Positions 52,437-64,000 of a stretch of 64,000 nucleotides of DNA are shown here, one piece after another; the stretch's first letter is position 1, and each line of letters opens with the position of its first letter. Below the pieces are notes generated by a model that searched no databases, was not told the origin of the DNA, and saw nothing but the letters and a program-made list of their open reading frames with translations. The stretch covers positions 83,640,001-83,704,000 of the forward strand of contig NC_045697.1 of assembly GCF_009834535.1 (NCBI RefSeq). Reading direction: 5' to 3'. A program made the translations under genes and the position numbers. Source of the DNA: Camelus ferus. Lineage: Eukaryota.

Positions 52437-52931
52437 CTAAGTCATGATTCAAAGGCATTAGAAAAGCCAAAGCAAGCAAACTGATGCTAAAGCTTAAGGG
52501 ACTTTATAAAACACTTACTTGTTTTTTAAATTGAGTTAAAAATCAGCTGAGCAGTTAGAGAGAGAGAGAATATCCATTAAAAAAAAACTGTATCTACTTT
52601 TGCAATATTTTTTGGAGCCTTGAGGTCAGAGTGCTGACCTTGCTCAACTTTGTATTCCCAGCACTTGGAACAGCGCCTGGCATAATAGAGAACAGTAATA
52701 GCTGTTTGCTGAATAAACGAATAAATAGCACTGTAAAACTGTGTATTGTATTACTACCCCTAACTTCTAGACAATAAAAGACATTAACTTGGAGTTGTTT
52801 TTGTTCTATATCTACTCATTTATCCATGAACACAGCTAGAAATTTATACTTCAAAACTAGGATTTTTAGGAAGAATTTTTAGGATTTTTAGATACACACC
52901 TGCACATACAAGTAACTTGAATGATGAAAGA

Positions 52932-52965
<34 letters not shown>

Positions 52966-53202
52966 CAAGCACCAACAAGGACAATTTCCATCTCAGGCGT
53001 CCTATTTGTGATTGATTCCAAAGGAAGGGCTTAAGTCCAAAAAATTACTAAGATGTGAAAGTTAAGACTGATCTCTAGCAAATTGGGGTTTATCTAAATT
53101 ATGCAAATGAAGTGATTTGTCACTGAGTTTTTCACACATCTCTGTCGACACCAATAAATACGGTTTTGTTTAATTAAAAACTCTCACTATGACTTGCATA
53201 CT

Positions 53203-53495
53203 ATCATGGGTTGAATTGTGAGGTAATATATCGAGTGGGCCCTAATCCAATTTGTACACGGAGCTATACAGAAGGAAGATGATGTGAAGAGACATAGGAA
53301 GAAAACGGCCATCTGCAAGCCAAGGAGAGAGGCCTGGAGCAGATCTTTCCCTCTCAGCCTTCAGAAGGAACCCACCCTGTGGACAACTTGATTTTGGACA
53401 TCTAGCTTCCAGAAGTGTGAGACAACAAATACTCATTGTTTAAGCAGCCCAGTCTGTGGATACTTTGTCACAGAAACCGAAGCCAACTAATATAC
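53203..53495 (+). mobile_element. MaLR LTR (MLT1A/B-like)
   Basis: atgggttgaattgtg...gccatctgcaagccaaggagagaggcc...ttgattttggac...ttgtttaagcagcccagtctgtgg...aactaata. Confidence 0.75.
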
Positions 53496-56400
53496 ACACT
53501 TTAGATTACCCAGTTACTAGAAGGGTCTCCAGCTTTGAGGCCCCTAAGGTTTACTGATAAGGATTTAGGGAATACAATCAAACATGGTGAAATTATCAGA
53601 ACTAAGCAGGTGAAGGAAGCAGATAATGAACAAAGTATGATTCAGTATGTGTTTAAACCAACACATGCAATCACTAAATTCTTTTCTTTTCACTGAAGGA
53701 AAATACTGTTGGCAAGACGGACACGTCCTACTTTGACGCCTTTGATTCTTCTTTGTTGCCCGCAGAATTGCTGGCTAATTCCTGCCCCTGATTACACTCA
53801 CTTCGTGGAACAGGCATCATAGTAGAATCAATGGGGAAAAGTTAAAATCAGCAAATGTTTGCAGAGTGCTGACTCTATGCACTGCTTACTTTAGCTAAAA
53901 TTCTTGATGTTTTAGGGATGTCACAAAACACAGTATATTTGAAACTTCACATTTCTTACTATTGTATCTGAAATTTGAGGGATCTTTGTAAGTGGAGCAA
54001 GGTGAAAAAGTGATCCTCAAAAAAAATTTAAACAGAGGAAATTCCTAAAGTTCTCAATTTTTACATTTTTTGGATCTTTGGTGCAAAATTAAGAATTCAT
54101 ATGCACATTCTATCCTAGTTGTTTTATGGGCAGTTTTTCATATGTCATATAAAAATAAGAATGATAAAGTATTTTTAAAGCCTAAGATGCATACTGTGTG
54201 AAAACAATACATACAATATTTCTGAATCTAATTTTAGCCATTTATTTTATCAATTCATTGGATTTTCGATGCTTGAAGGGAAACTGAATGACAGAAGCCA
54301 TCCTATCAATACCACCTCGCTGTTTAAGTTCTTTCTGTTATGGCAATAATAATATACGTGTTTTATTTCTAAAATCTTAAATAAATACAAACTTCATGGG
54401 AAAACTAAACAGTCCTATGGTTATACAGTATCTTTAATTATATGTTTCAAACTTTGATTACAATAATTTTCTTTAATTTTTCTGTAATATTGATTTAATA
54501 CATAATTATTAAGAAAATAATATTTTTCTTAGAAGAAAGATAAAATCTAGCATAAATGTGAATAAAAAGTCAAATTTTATGCTGTAAAATTGAGTAAGAG
54601 ACAATATCACTGGGAAAGAAATCTCTGCTAAGATGTAATACTCTGAACTTAAGAGTTAATGCAATATTAAAATGAGAAATTCACATATTTACCATCCCAC
54701 AAATTTCCCCCAATTCACATAGGCATTAACTGCATTCTCACTAAAACTACTTTTACTGACCTACAGTATTGTTTTTGAGCATTCTATCTACCACACACCC
54801 AAAAACAGGAAGTATCTATTGAACTATTACTCATTTTGAGAAAAATTTACTCACATTTAAAGTCTACAAGTTACCCTTCAAATAGCTGAAGACTGTAATA
54901 GTCCAACAGCTCATTATCACAGTGCCAAAGAAATTTAAAAAAATCTCAGTTGTTTTTAAAATGCTATTGTTTATATCACAATTCCACGATCTTCTTCTCT
55001 AAGCTTCTCTTTTAATTATACAGTCCTTTTTGATAAGTGAGAAAGTAATGATCTCTTTGGATGAATAACTGGTAATCTGATTCTATTCCAGAAGGATAAT
55101 TTGGCTCAGATATCATGTTCTTTGGACAAATGTGTAGTTAATAGATATACCCCAAAATCAGGATCAAATAGATTCATAATAATGATCCCATATTTTATTA
55201 ATAATGATCACCCTCAGCTTTTTAAATTTTTTAAAAATATATCTATAATCCTAAAAATAAAAAGATTTTTAGGGGAACTGAAAGGATTAGTTGTCCTAAC
55301 TATATGCATATATTTAACGATACAGGTCTTCAGAGAACTCAGATTATGGTATTTTGTGTAGTATTTGTAATACTTTATCACCTAGAGTATTTATCAAGTG
55401 TGCCTGCATAGATCATTCCATGATCCGAACACCTGATGTCTGGCATTAAAAGGATCTGTTTCTAACAAATAAACCCTAACTCCCCAAACCACATGCAACC
55501 ATTCATCACATAATCCTGGGAGGATTATAAACCCTCCATAAGAAGAAAGGAGCAAGGGACGAGAACACATGAAAAAAGACAAAGTTGGAAACATGACCTA
55601 TAAGGGATGGGGTGAAATGCTGCATTTCCACTGGGCACAAGGCTAGATCAGGGCAGTGACTCATTGTGGTCTCACAGTTTAGAGTACACGAGGAATCAAC
55701 TATATACTCTGACTGATTTCAGTATACAAAAGAGTTAATACTGTGGGATTCTACACATTCCATTATTTTATAACATGAAGAGTCCAGCTTCACAGTCTCA
55801 AAACAGGAGTAAACAAAAGGGGTTGATTTCAAGCCTGAGTGAAAAGACCCACCTGTGGTTATTCTAACATCTGTGCACCAAAAAAATACTTGCATAGGTA
55901 GAAAACAGAGCTATGGTAGTGCCCTGGCAAGTCTTTTGAAAATCTCCCTCTATATTTTTCATTCATATTTATTCTGCCCTCCTCATCAGATGTTAAGTCT
56001 GTCAAGGATATGTAGCTGCTCTCTGCTCACAAAAAGATCTTTATCTATAAATATTCAAGACTGTTAGATGAGCTAACCTTTTATCCAACTGTAAGTCTCT
56101 AGAAATTTGGAACTAGGAAGTAATAAAGGACGCTGATGGTATTTCAGTTACAGGTTACCTTAAAAAGATAGTGGGCTACTTACTCCAATAAATCCAGCTA
56201 AGGAGCCCACTGGGAAACCTGAAAGATCTAGGTTAGGACAGGAGCACTGGATGGCTGGCAACCAATGTCAGACAAAGACTCAGGACTGAAGAAGAAATGA
56301 ATCATGGGCAGTAGGACAGAGAGCTATCATTTCTTCCAAATTTTTTTTTAATCTTTTCTCAAATAGTTCATTAGAATTCAAGGTAAATGAGAATCAGAAG

Positions 56401-56723
56401 AGGTGACTAATCAGTGGGGGAACAGACACTGCAGCTTCTTTATTCCATCTTTCAGGTACATGTGATTATAAACATTTTTAGTGAGAAACTTGGGCTTATA
56501 GAAAATTAGGAGTAGATATTTTTAACATTGGTGGAAAGACTCAAAAGATTATTTTTCTCTGCATGGAAATTACTGAAAATTAGATTATTATGGGAAATAA
56601 ACTAAGAAAAAATAAACTAAGAAACTAAGAAAAAGCCAAAGATGAGAAATGCTCCACTTTCCAGACCAGTGGATAGAGGCTCAGTAGCTACTGAAATGCT
56701 TTAAAGTTGTAGCAGGTCCTCAC

Positions 56724-56920
56724 CCAGAGAGAGTCTGTGTCCATCACCATCGGGAGAGCAGGCAATACCAACATCTTCCCCGTGGCTGCAGTCATGCCTT
56801 CCCCACGGTCTCCGGGAACACTGAAGGAAACTGCTTTCCTTTCCTGAGCAGCTGACGTCATCCAACCATATGGGCCCTGTGCTTTCTTCAAAGTAGTTTG
56901 CAGAGGCTTGTTTGCCATAT
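56724..56920 (-). CDS. PRSS12: Neurotrypsin exon 7 (penultimate SRCR, second half)
   Basis: cacag|...|gtgagg, 197 nt; YGKQASANYFEESTGPIWLDDVSCSGKE...HDCSHGEDVGIAC. Confidence 0.96.
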
Positions 56921-59775
56921 CTGTGGCAATAAAATAAACACTGTGCATACAACTGCTGTCTCTTGTTTCAAGGAACAAGGAACAACTTAAGTAAGCATCA
57001 TGACTTTAGAGGGTATCTGTCCTATCTCCTATCTTGAGAACTCAGTTCTCAGAGCAGTTTTTGGTCCATCACTTATTTTGATCATCTTAACAATTTTTGA
57101 TTGAGTGAATGGGTAACTAGTGGATGGATAATCCTTTTTCCCTCATCTATTTTTGTGTTCTGTCTACAATTTAACCCACCAGAAAGAATGCAGACAAAGA
57201 GATCAACCTCAAATTCCTGACTATGATAATAACACAGTGGGCCAAAAAGTGAGAACACTTGTCTTATATCATTCTCTGAAGAGCCCTCTGAGCTCATTTG
57301 ATTTCACTAGCTTCTCTAGACTTCTTTGGTATCCTCTCTTCCAAAAAAAGTGTGTGTTAGTTCAGTGATTTCTCAAGCACTGTATCCAATCCATGATGAA
57401 TCCATGACTTTAGCTCATCAAAATCAGATTAATGACAATGTTCTTAGCTTTTCATAAGATTAAATAAATCTGATTTTTTAAATGTTTATAAATTATATTT
57501 GTGTTCCAATTGACTTTATTTGTAACACTGCATTATTTAAAAAAAAAAAACCTAAATGTATTATAATAAATATATATGCAGTAGAAATAGGAAAGATCTG
57601 CAAAATTAAATATTGATAACTAAGTCAGTCTGTACCTTCATTCATCTTCCCCCCAATGTTATTTTCTTTTGTTCTGTAAAATCCAAACCTCCAGAAATCC
57701 CTGAGCCAAAAGATAATTAAAGTGTCTTTCAGTTCTACGAGTCTATGTAATTAAACTCTTACTCATATTACATCAATCACTTCCATCACTGGATTTTTAA
57801 AATTATTTCTGTATGAAGAATAGGAAGAGATCTTCCCATTTGAAAGATGAGTTTTCCTAATCATTTCCCCATGAATTATCCTAATTGTTTTCCCATGAAC
57901 TTATTTATTACATTTATTAAGCAAGATGAACATTTTAATAAATTAAAACAATGCAATTTTTAATTAGTCATCCTAAGACTTCTATTTTGCTGATTAATCG
58001 AGTCTTAGCTAGAAAATTAATTATCCTAAATCCCATATTGCTATCACTTTCAACTTACACCGTGTTTCCACAAAATGCATCAATCTGATTACCATCTGTC
58101 CATATCAACTATACAACAGAAAACAAGAGGTCATTTTACTTCAAGATTTCATTTGTACAAAGAAACCCAAAGTTCACCCTCTTTCTCATTCCAAAAGAGT
58201 ATACTCTTTTTTCAGAAATTCCTCTGTAAATTAAAATGTAAATGTAGCACAAGCTAATTCTACACAATTGTTTAGAACTATTATCAAATATTATAGAGAA
58301 CATTTTTAGAACCATTAAGTTCTGATATTTTGTATATGCAAGAAAAACTGAATGTATTTGTGAACCAAAATAAGTAAAATATGGAGAAAAATCAGTATTA
58401 CTCAACTGTTTTCATTAATAAGGAAAAATGTGCAAATAGTAAATAAAAGTATTTTTGAATCTTTCTAAATTTGTGAAAACAGAATATAGTTCTCAAACTA
58501 ACAGAGATTCACTCACAGATGAAACGGTATTTATTAAGTAATTCTTATTCATTATAAACATCCATATTTATTTGCCTGGTATGTCATACCCCTTGGCTCG
58601 ATAATTATAACTGCACTGCCCATGCAAATTCAAAATATTGTGCAATAACATGCATCTATATCTTCATAATATCATTATTTTTAACAGAAAATATTAACTA
58701 AGTAAATTATGATATAAACATTCAATAGTTATTATGTTATTAAAACTTATGACTGTAGTAATCTAAAAGTAAAAAGCATGGATGGAAAAATTATATATCC
58801 ACACTAGAGCTGTTATAAAGTTATACACGCAAGTTATAGCAATGGTGGTGTAAGAATGGAAAAATTATGGGTAGTTTTTTTTCTTTATTTTCCAAACTTT
58901 CTCTAACATTTTATATTACTTTTACATATTTTAAGACATATGTTTAAACATAGTCATACCTAGCTCAAATGAAAGTATATTTCTAAGGTTTAGTAAATAT
59001 TTGCAACTGGCTCTATCTCAGGCTGAAATGACATAATTTTGTTCATTTTTTCAAGCTTGAGACAATTACTTCAAGCATGACATAGAAATATGGAAAACAA
59101 GAAAGAATGGGCATTCATGGACTTCATTCAGATATTAGCTCAAAGGCATCATTTGCAGTTACTTCAACCAACTTAAGTCTTTACTCCAGAATGCATTGTG
59201 TGTGACATGAAATATAGCGCCCAAAGTGTGATACTCAGTTTTTAAGAGAGTGAGGTCAAGGGTGAGTTCTAAAGGTCACCTCATGACAAGAAAGCTGTTT
59301 TTCTCAAATAAAAGTGATAATTATCAGCCCATTCTGAGAAAGGAAATAATGTAATACCAAAGCATCTGACACTGGACTTCTCTGTGATTTCTGACACAGT
59401 GATGTCAGTACTAACAACATCCAGTAGGAGTGATGCATCAGAATAAAACTGAGCATTCAAAGCATACAGTCTTACTTGAAGAGACACAATGAACCTAAAA
59501 GTCATCCATGGCTCCAACCAAGAAGAGGGGTGGTGGTAGGAAAGGCAAATGAGATAAATAGCAAGATATGGTTATTCATCATCAAAGAAAATGTTGCTTT
59601 TTTTAAATTGTTGAACTTCCATATATAGACAGGTAGATATGAAGCTAAGTAGGTAGATAATGATAGAGAACATGTATGTATTTTTAGTATGACAGAAATT
59701 ATAAGTAAGGATTACAAAATGAGACGTTTAAAAATGTAACTTGGCATTTAGCTGCCTCATAACAATGGACCTTAC

Positions 59776-59917
59776 TTAAATCCCAGCTGTCGGCAGACCA
59801 CATATGTATTCAGCTCAGTCCAGCCATCATCACAGACAGTCCCCCACTGTCCCCTGTAATACACCTCCAGGCGACCCTCATGGCTGCCTTTACCACCTGT
59901 AAGTCTGATGACCCCAT
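59776..59917 (-). CDS. PRSS12: Neurotrypsin exon 6 (penultimate SRCR, first half)
   Basis: cacag|...|gtaagg, 142 nt; (D)GVIRLTGGKGSHEGRLEVYYRGQWGTVCDDGWTELNTYVVCRQLGF. Not in the ORF track. Confidence 0.96.
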
Positions 59918-61663
59918 CTGTGACAAGAAGGAGACACAGAGACTAAGCAAATAATTATCCAAAGAAGGTAAAACAACATTTTAATTTCAAGAGAAACATC
60001 ACCCTACTCAGATCTCTCTCTGTGCCTTTTGTTAAACTTACATTAGAACTGTGCTCAATGATCCGAGATCACTGGAGTGTTTCAGAAGTAAGTCATAACA
60101 CATATTGATCCTAACAAATATTCTTTCCTTTTTATTTGTACTCTTACTTTCTAAGTAGAAAAATATATTTTGATAATTTCAAGGTAGTTGTTTACATTTC
60201 CCTGGATTAAATAATGTTAGGAAATTTCCTATAGCTTCAATCTTTTTAAGTATGAGTGATACCAGTCATTTAAATTTAAAGAGTAAAAAAAACACAGTAA
60301 CTGGGAAATAGTTCAAAATTTTAACTTGTAAAGGAAAAAACACCGAAATATGAAGACAGAATAAGCTGTTCTGCTTAAAGAGTGATTTATAATATCAATG
60401 CATGTATTATTCCTTAGGCATTCATGAATTATAAAAACTGGGATACATGCTTCACCCTTGTTCTTTTACTGATAATACAGATCTGAATTTGAATCTTGTG
60501 AATTCAATGAATAATTTCCAGAGAACCCCATATAAAGCTTCGAAGCAGATACACAATACAGTAAATTTATTCCCCAAAAAGTATATTTAAAAGCTATTTT
60601 CACCCAAAATAACCTAATAAGCCCCCAAATGAAACGTATGAATAATCCTGTGTTAAGGTCATACTTTTCATGAATCTCCGGGATCTCTTAAGGTAAATGA
60701 AGGTCTTCTAGCAACAGAAACACTTATTAATGTAACACTTTACTGTCTGCAAAGCACTGTTACAAAAGCATTACCTTATTTGATCATTACAGTGACAGGA
60801 CAAGACTATCTTCATTTGAAAGAGGAGGAAATGGAGGCTCAAGAAGATGAAGTGCTCTGGCTTAAAATCTGGTGTAAATTTTATATTTCTATCTTATATA
60901 AATGTGTCATTCTAATAAAAACAACAGTGTACATAGAACTATGTAAATGAAAAAGCAGAACCTCAGTATTTCACAAACCCTAAGAAGTATTTCATTTGAT
61001 TTTCCTAAAGTAAGATTAAACCCCCAAATTTTTTTCTTCAAGCTCTTTTTACTGTAGAAACAATGAATTTGTAATGACCCAACTTCTCTTGCCTGTCCTT
61101 TTCCCTCTTCTTCCCCTAAAACATACGTACATTCACACATGCTCATTTGCACTCAGACACGCCTGTCTTGTAACACATGACGTATCTTGACAAGCACGCC
61201 ACAGTTTGGCATAGTCTGAATATTGAGCACAGCAAAGGTAACTTGGTTCTTTAATGAAGTGCTTTAAACAATAATCCCATCCATACAGTTTTACCAGTTA
61301 TAAATACATTCTGAGAGTCGAGGCAAGTTAACAGATAAATGGATTAAACTTTTATAATACCTAATACCCCAAATTTATCATTACACTGATTTTGACTATT
61401 GATTTTGACTAGTACTATATCTTACAATAAAATCATATTTTCTGATCTAGCTTAGGAGGACAGTGTAGCCTTAAATCAAAAATTCAGAAACATCTATGAA
61501 ATAGGGAGACAGCATTTTAAGGTACAATTGCATTTTAAAGTTTTATTTGGGGGATTCATGTGTATGCTCATTCAGTAATATTACCTAAACTGAGGAGAAG
61601 GGAAGGTAAGCCCAAATAATGCTGGGGTCAAGAGTTAGTAGATTAGTGGGGTGGAACTCCTAC

Positions 61664-61842
61664 CTGTTAGAGGGGTACAGGACACTCCAGCATCTTCTTT
61701 ATGACCGCAGTTATGCTCTCCCCAGGAACTCTTTGGACACTGCTCAATAGAAAGCTCATTGCCAGTGCAGCGCACTTCATCCAACATTACTGGGCCAGTT
61801 CCTTCCCCAAAATACGCCTGACTCCATGCTTTGGCAATGCCA
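61664..61842 (-). CDS. PRSS12: Neurotrypsin exon 5 (SRCR second half); upstream exons lie beyond the window
   Basis: ttcag|...|gtagg, 179 nt; [29 protein letters not shown]...[14 protein letters not shown]. The nine exons total 1657 nt with no frame break. Confidence 0.96.
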
Positions 61843-62029
61843 CTGAACAAACATAAGAACATATGTTTTATTACCAGCAAATGTTAAATCATGATTAATC
61901 CATACTTTCCAAAATCATGATTAATCCATACTTCCCCTTATCAATTCACTCCATAGGTCACATACGACTTGTGCAATTTCTCTTTTGTTTTTTGTTTGTT
62001 GCCCTTTATATTTCTGGCCATGAGAAATC

Positions 62030-62630
62030 TTTCAAAGGCTGCTAGTTATTCTCCAATATTTACTCTCCTTTTCTTCATTAGTAATGGAACCTCCGATTTT
62101 TAGGAAGACAATGGCTCTCCAGTATAAAGATCACATTTCCCACCCTCCCTTCCTTCCAGCTGACATAGTTTGTTTTAAAATATGCATAACATAAAATGTA
62201 CCATTTTAACCATTTTAAGTGGACAATTCAGTGGCATTAAGTACATTCACACTGTTGTGCAACCATCACCACCATCCATCTCCAGAACTTTTAAATCACC
62301 CCAAACTGAAACTCGGTACCCATTTTAGATAATTAAGGTATTTAGGTAAAAGTGTCATGTATCACTTCCAAGAATTATCTATGTTCCACTCCCTCCTTCC
62401 TGCTGACTGTAAGGCAGAGGTGATGGCTGGAGCTTGAGAAGCTGTCTTGGTCCATAAGGTACCACACTTAAGAATGAAAGAACAGTAAGCACGAAAGAGC
62501 CTGAGGCCCTGATGACTGGGAAACCACCATACCAGCCATAAGCTGATTATCTCTGGTCTCTTGAGAGAGAAATAAACCCTTGTCTTGTTTAAGCCACTCT
62601 TATTTTCAGTTCTCTGAAAATACCACCAAA
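62030..62630. mobile_element. MLT1-like LTR interrupted by an antisense L1MB 3' end (about 62168-62325)
   Basis: tcacatttcccaccctcc...gtgatggctggagct...gagagaaataaacccttgtcttgtttaagccact; internal acataaaatgtaccattttaaccattttaagtggacaattcagtggcattaag. Confidence 0.65.
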
Positions 62631-62959
62631 TATCTCTTCACTCAAATTTAATTGTACTAAATTTACTTCTCCCACTAGTCAAAGAAGTATCATATTCTAG
62701 AATTCCAGATTTCATTGAAGATTGTAACTGCCTGTCAAAGTGATTAATGACTTCAGAAATTGCATTTTCAGCCTCTTTTAGCCTTTTAATTTTTAGACTA
62801 GAACATTTTTATTTTTAGTTTGTTTTTCAATGATACTGTATCTATTTCCCATTACTTAAGTTGCCCTTTTCTCATAACATTATAACTATCTTGAGAATTT
62901 ACAGCCAAAACAAGAATGTAATTTTCACATATGTAAGTTAGATTTTACTGTCCAAACAT

Positions 62960-63103
62960 AAGGTTTCATGGGAACAAAGCCACACTCATTCCCAACTTAT
63001 TGTCTGTGGCAGCTTTTGCACTACACAAAGGCACAGTTGAGTAGCTGGAAAGTCTAAAATACTCACGATCTGGCCCTTTACAGAAAAAGTTTGTTGACCC
63101 TTG
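62960..63103. mobile_element. MER58A-like hAT element
   Basis: tattgtctgtggcagcttttgcactac...agttgagtagct...tggccctttacagaaaaagtttgttgacccttg followed by ctctagag. Confidence 0.75.
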
Positions 63104-63384
63104 CTCTAGAGGAAAGAGATTAATGAAAGCAAATATGGAAACTGATTTAGAGAACACTGAAAGTTGGAGAACAGAGGAGGAGGAGACAGGATGACTAATG
63201 TAGGTCATGGGGAAGCCAGATAGGAAAGCTTAGGAGAAGGGCAGATTAACAGCCTCCCTGGATCTTTGCCCCGAGATAAACGCTAGGAAAGAAAAACGAT
63301 CTATTAAAGAAAATTTCAGTGGGTATAATTCACTGAGCCAAGATTAGATGCTATTAAAAAACCAGGGACCTATAAGAGAGAATA

Positions 63385-64000
63385 TAAAATTTAACCCCAA
63401 ACTCATAACAGAAACAAAAAATAAACTCCAGATGGTTTACAGACCTAAATAAAGAGAAGGAAAGGAAAGAAGGGAAGGAGGGAGACAGGGAGGAAGAAAG
63501 ATGGCTAAAAAGTTAATAGAATGAAATAATAAGAACATAGTTCTTATAACCTTGGTAAAAAGAAGGATTTCCTGAGCAAGATTTAAAAAAAAAACAGAAG
63601 TCAGAAAACAAAGGCTAAAAAAGTTAAACTTTCTCACATACATTTAAACTACTGTATAGCAAAATACACCATAGAGTCAAAAGTCAAACCAACAAGCTGG
63701 TAAAAATATTTGTAAAATGTAACAGCAATCCAAAAAAAAAAAAAAAAAACCTCCTAGAGATAAATAATAATCACTTATCACTATTATAATAAATGACAAA
63801 ACAACCAACATTAAAATAAAGAGGGTAATGGAGAGGACCAGGCTATTTACAAAAGAAATACCCATGGCTGTGGACCACATGGTAAGATGCTCAGTCTTAT
63901 AATGGTCAAATTAAAACAATACGAATGCATTCTTACATATCATTCATATATTTCCACTAAATATTTAGGCTAAAAGATTACAAACTAAAGGTTTTTTATT
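63385..64000 (+). mobile_element. Old L1 (L1ME-like) ORF2 3' fragment
   Basis: aaaaataaactccagatgg...acagacctaaat...aaaatacaccata...aaaatatttg...tttacaaaagaa...agatgctca. Confidence 0.6.

Overview
Mammalian genomic DNA, AT-rich and full of repeats. The tRNA-derived SINEs and young L1 3' ends suggest a camelid. The window matches the conserved NDST3-SNHG8/SNORA24-PRSS12 locus. It contains: (i) the last two coding exons and long 3' UTR of heparan sulfate N-deacetylase/N-sulfotransferase NDST3 (+); (ii) a CpG-island, TATA + 5'TOP promoter driving the 4-exon snoRNA host gene SNHG8, with the intronic H/ACA snoRNA SNORA24 (+); (iii) nine 3' coding exons (5-13 by human numbering) of neurotrypsin PRSS12 (-), which splice in frame with canonical GT-AG sites and end tail-to-tail with SNHG8; (iv) a decayed, 5'-truncated RAC1 processed pseudogene antisense inside PRSS12 intron 11; (v) many L1, L2, MIR, LTR, hAT/Tigger and SINE relics. 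I see no convincing new multi-gene system. The best leads are a spliced 29-codon sORF in a strong Kozak context in SNHG8, the RAC1 retrocopy, a strong isolated CTCF site, an internally inverted-duplicated Tigger element and the very tight convergent SNHG8/PRSS12 3' ends. Gene and repeat names come from my recognition of the sequence, not from database searches.
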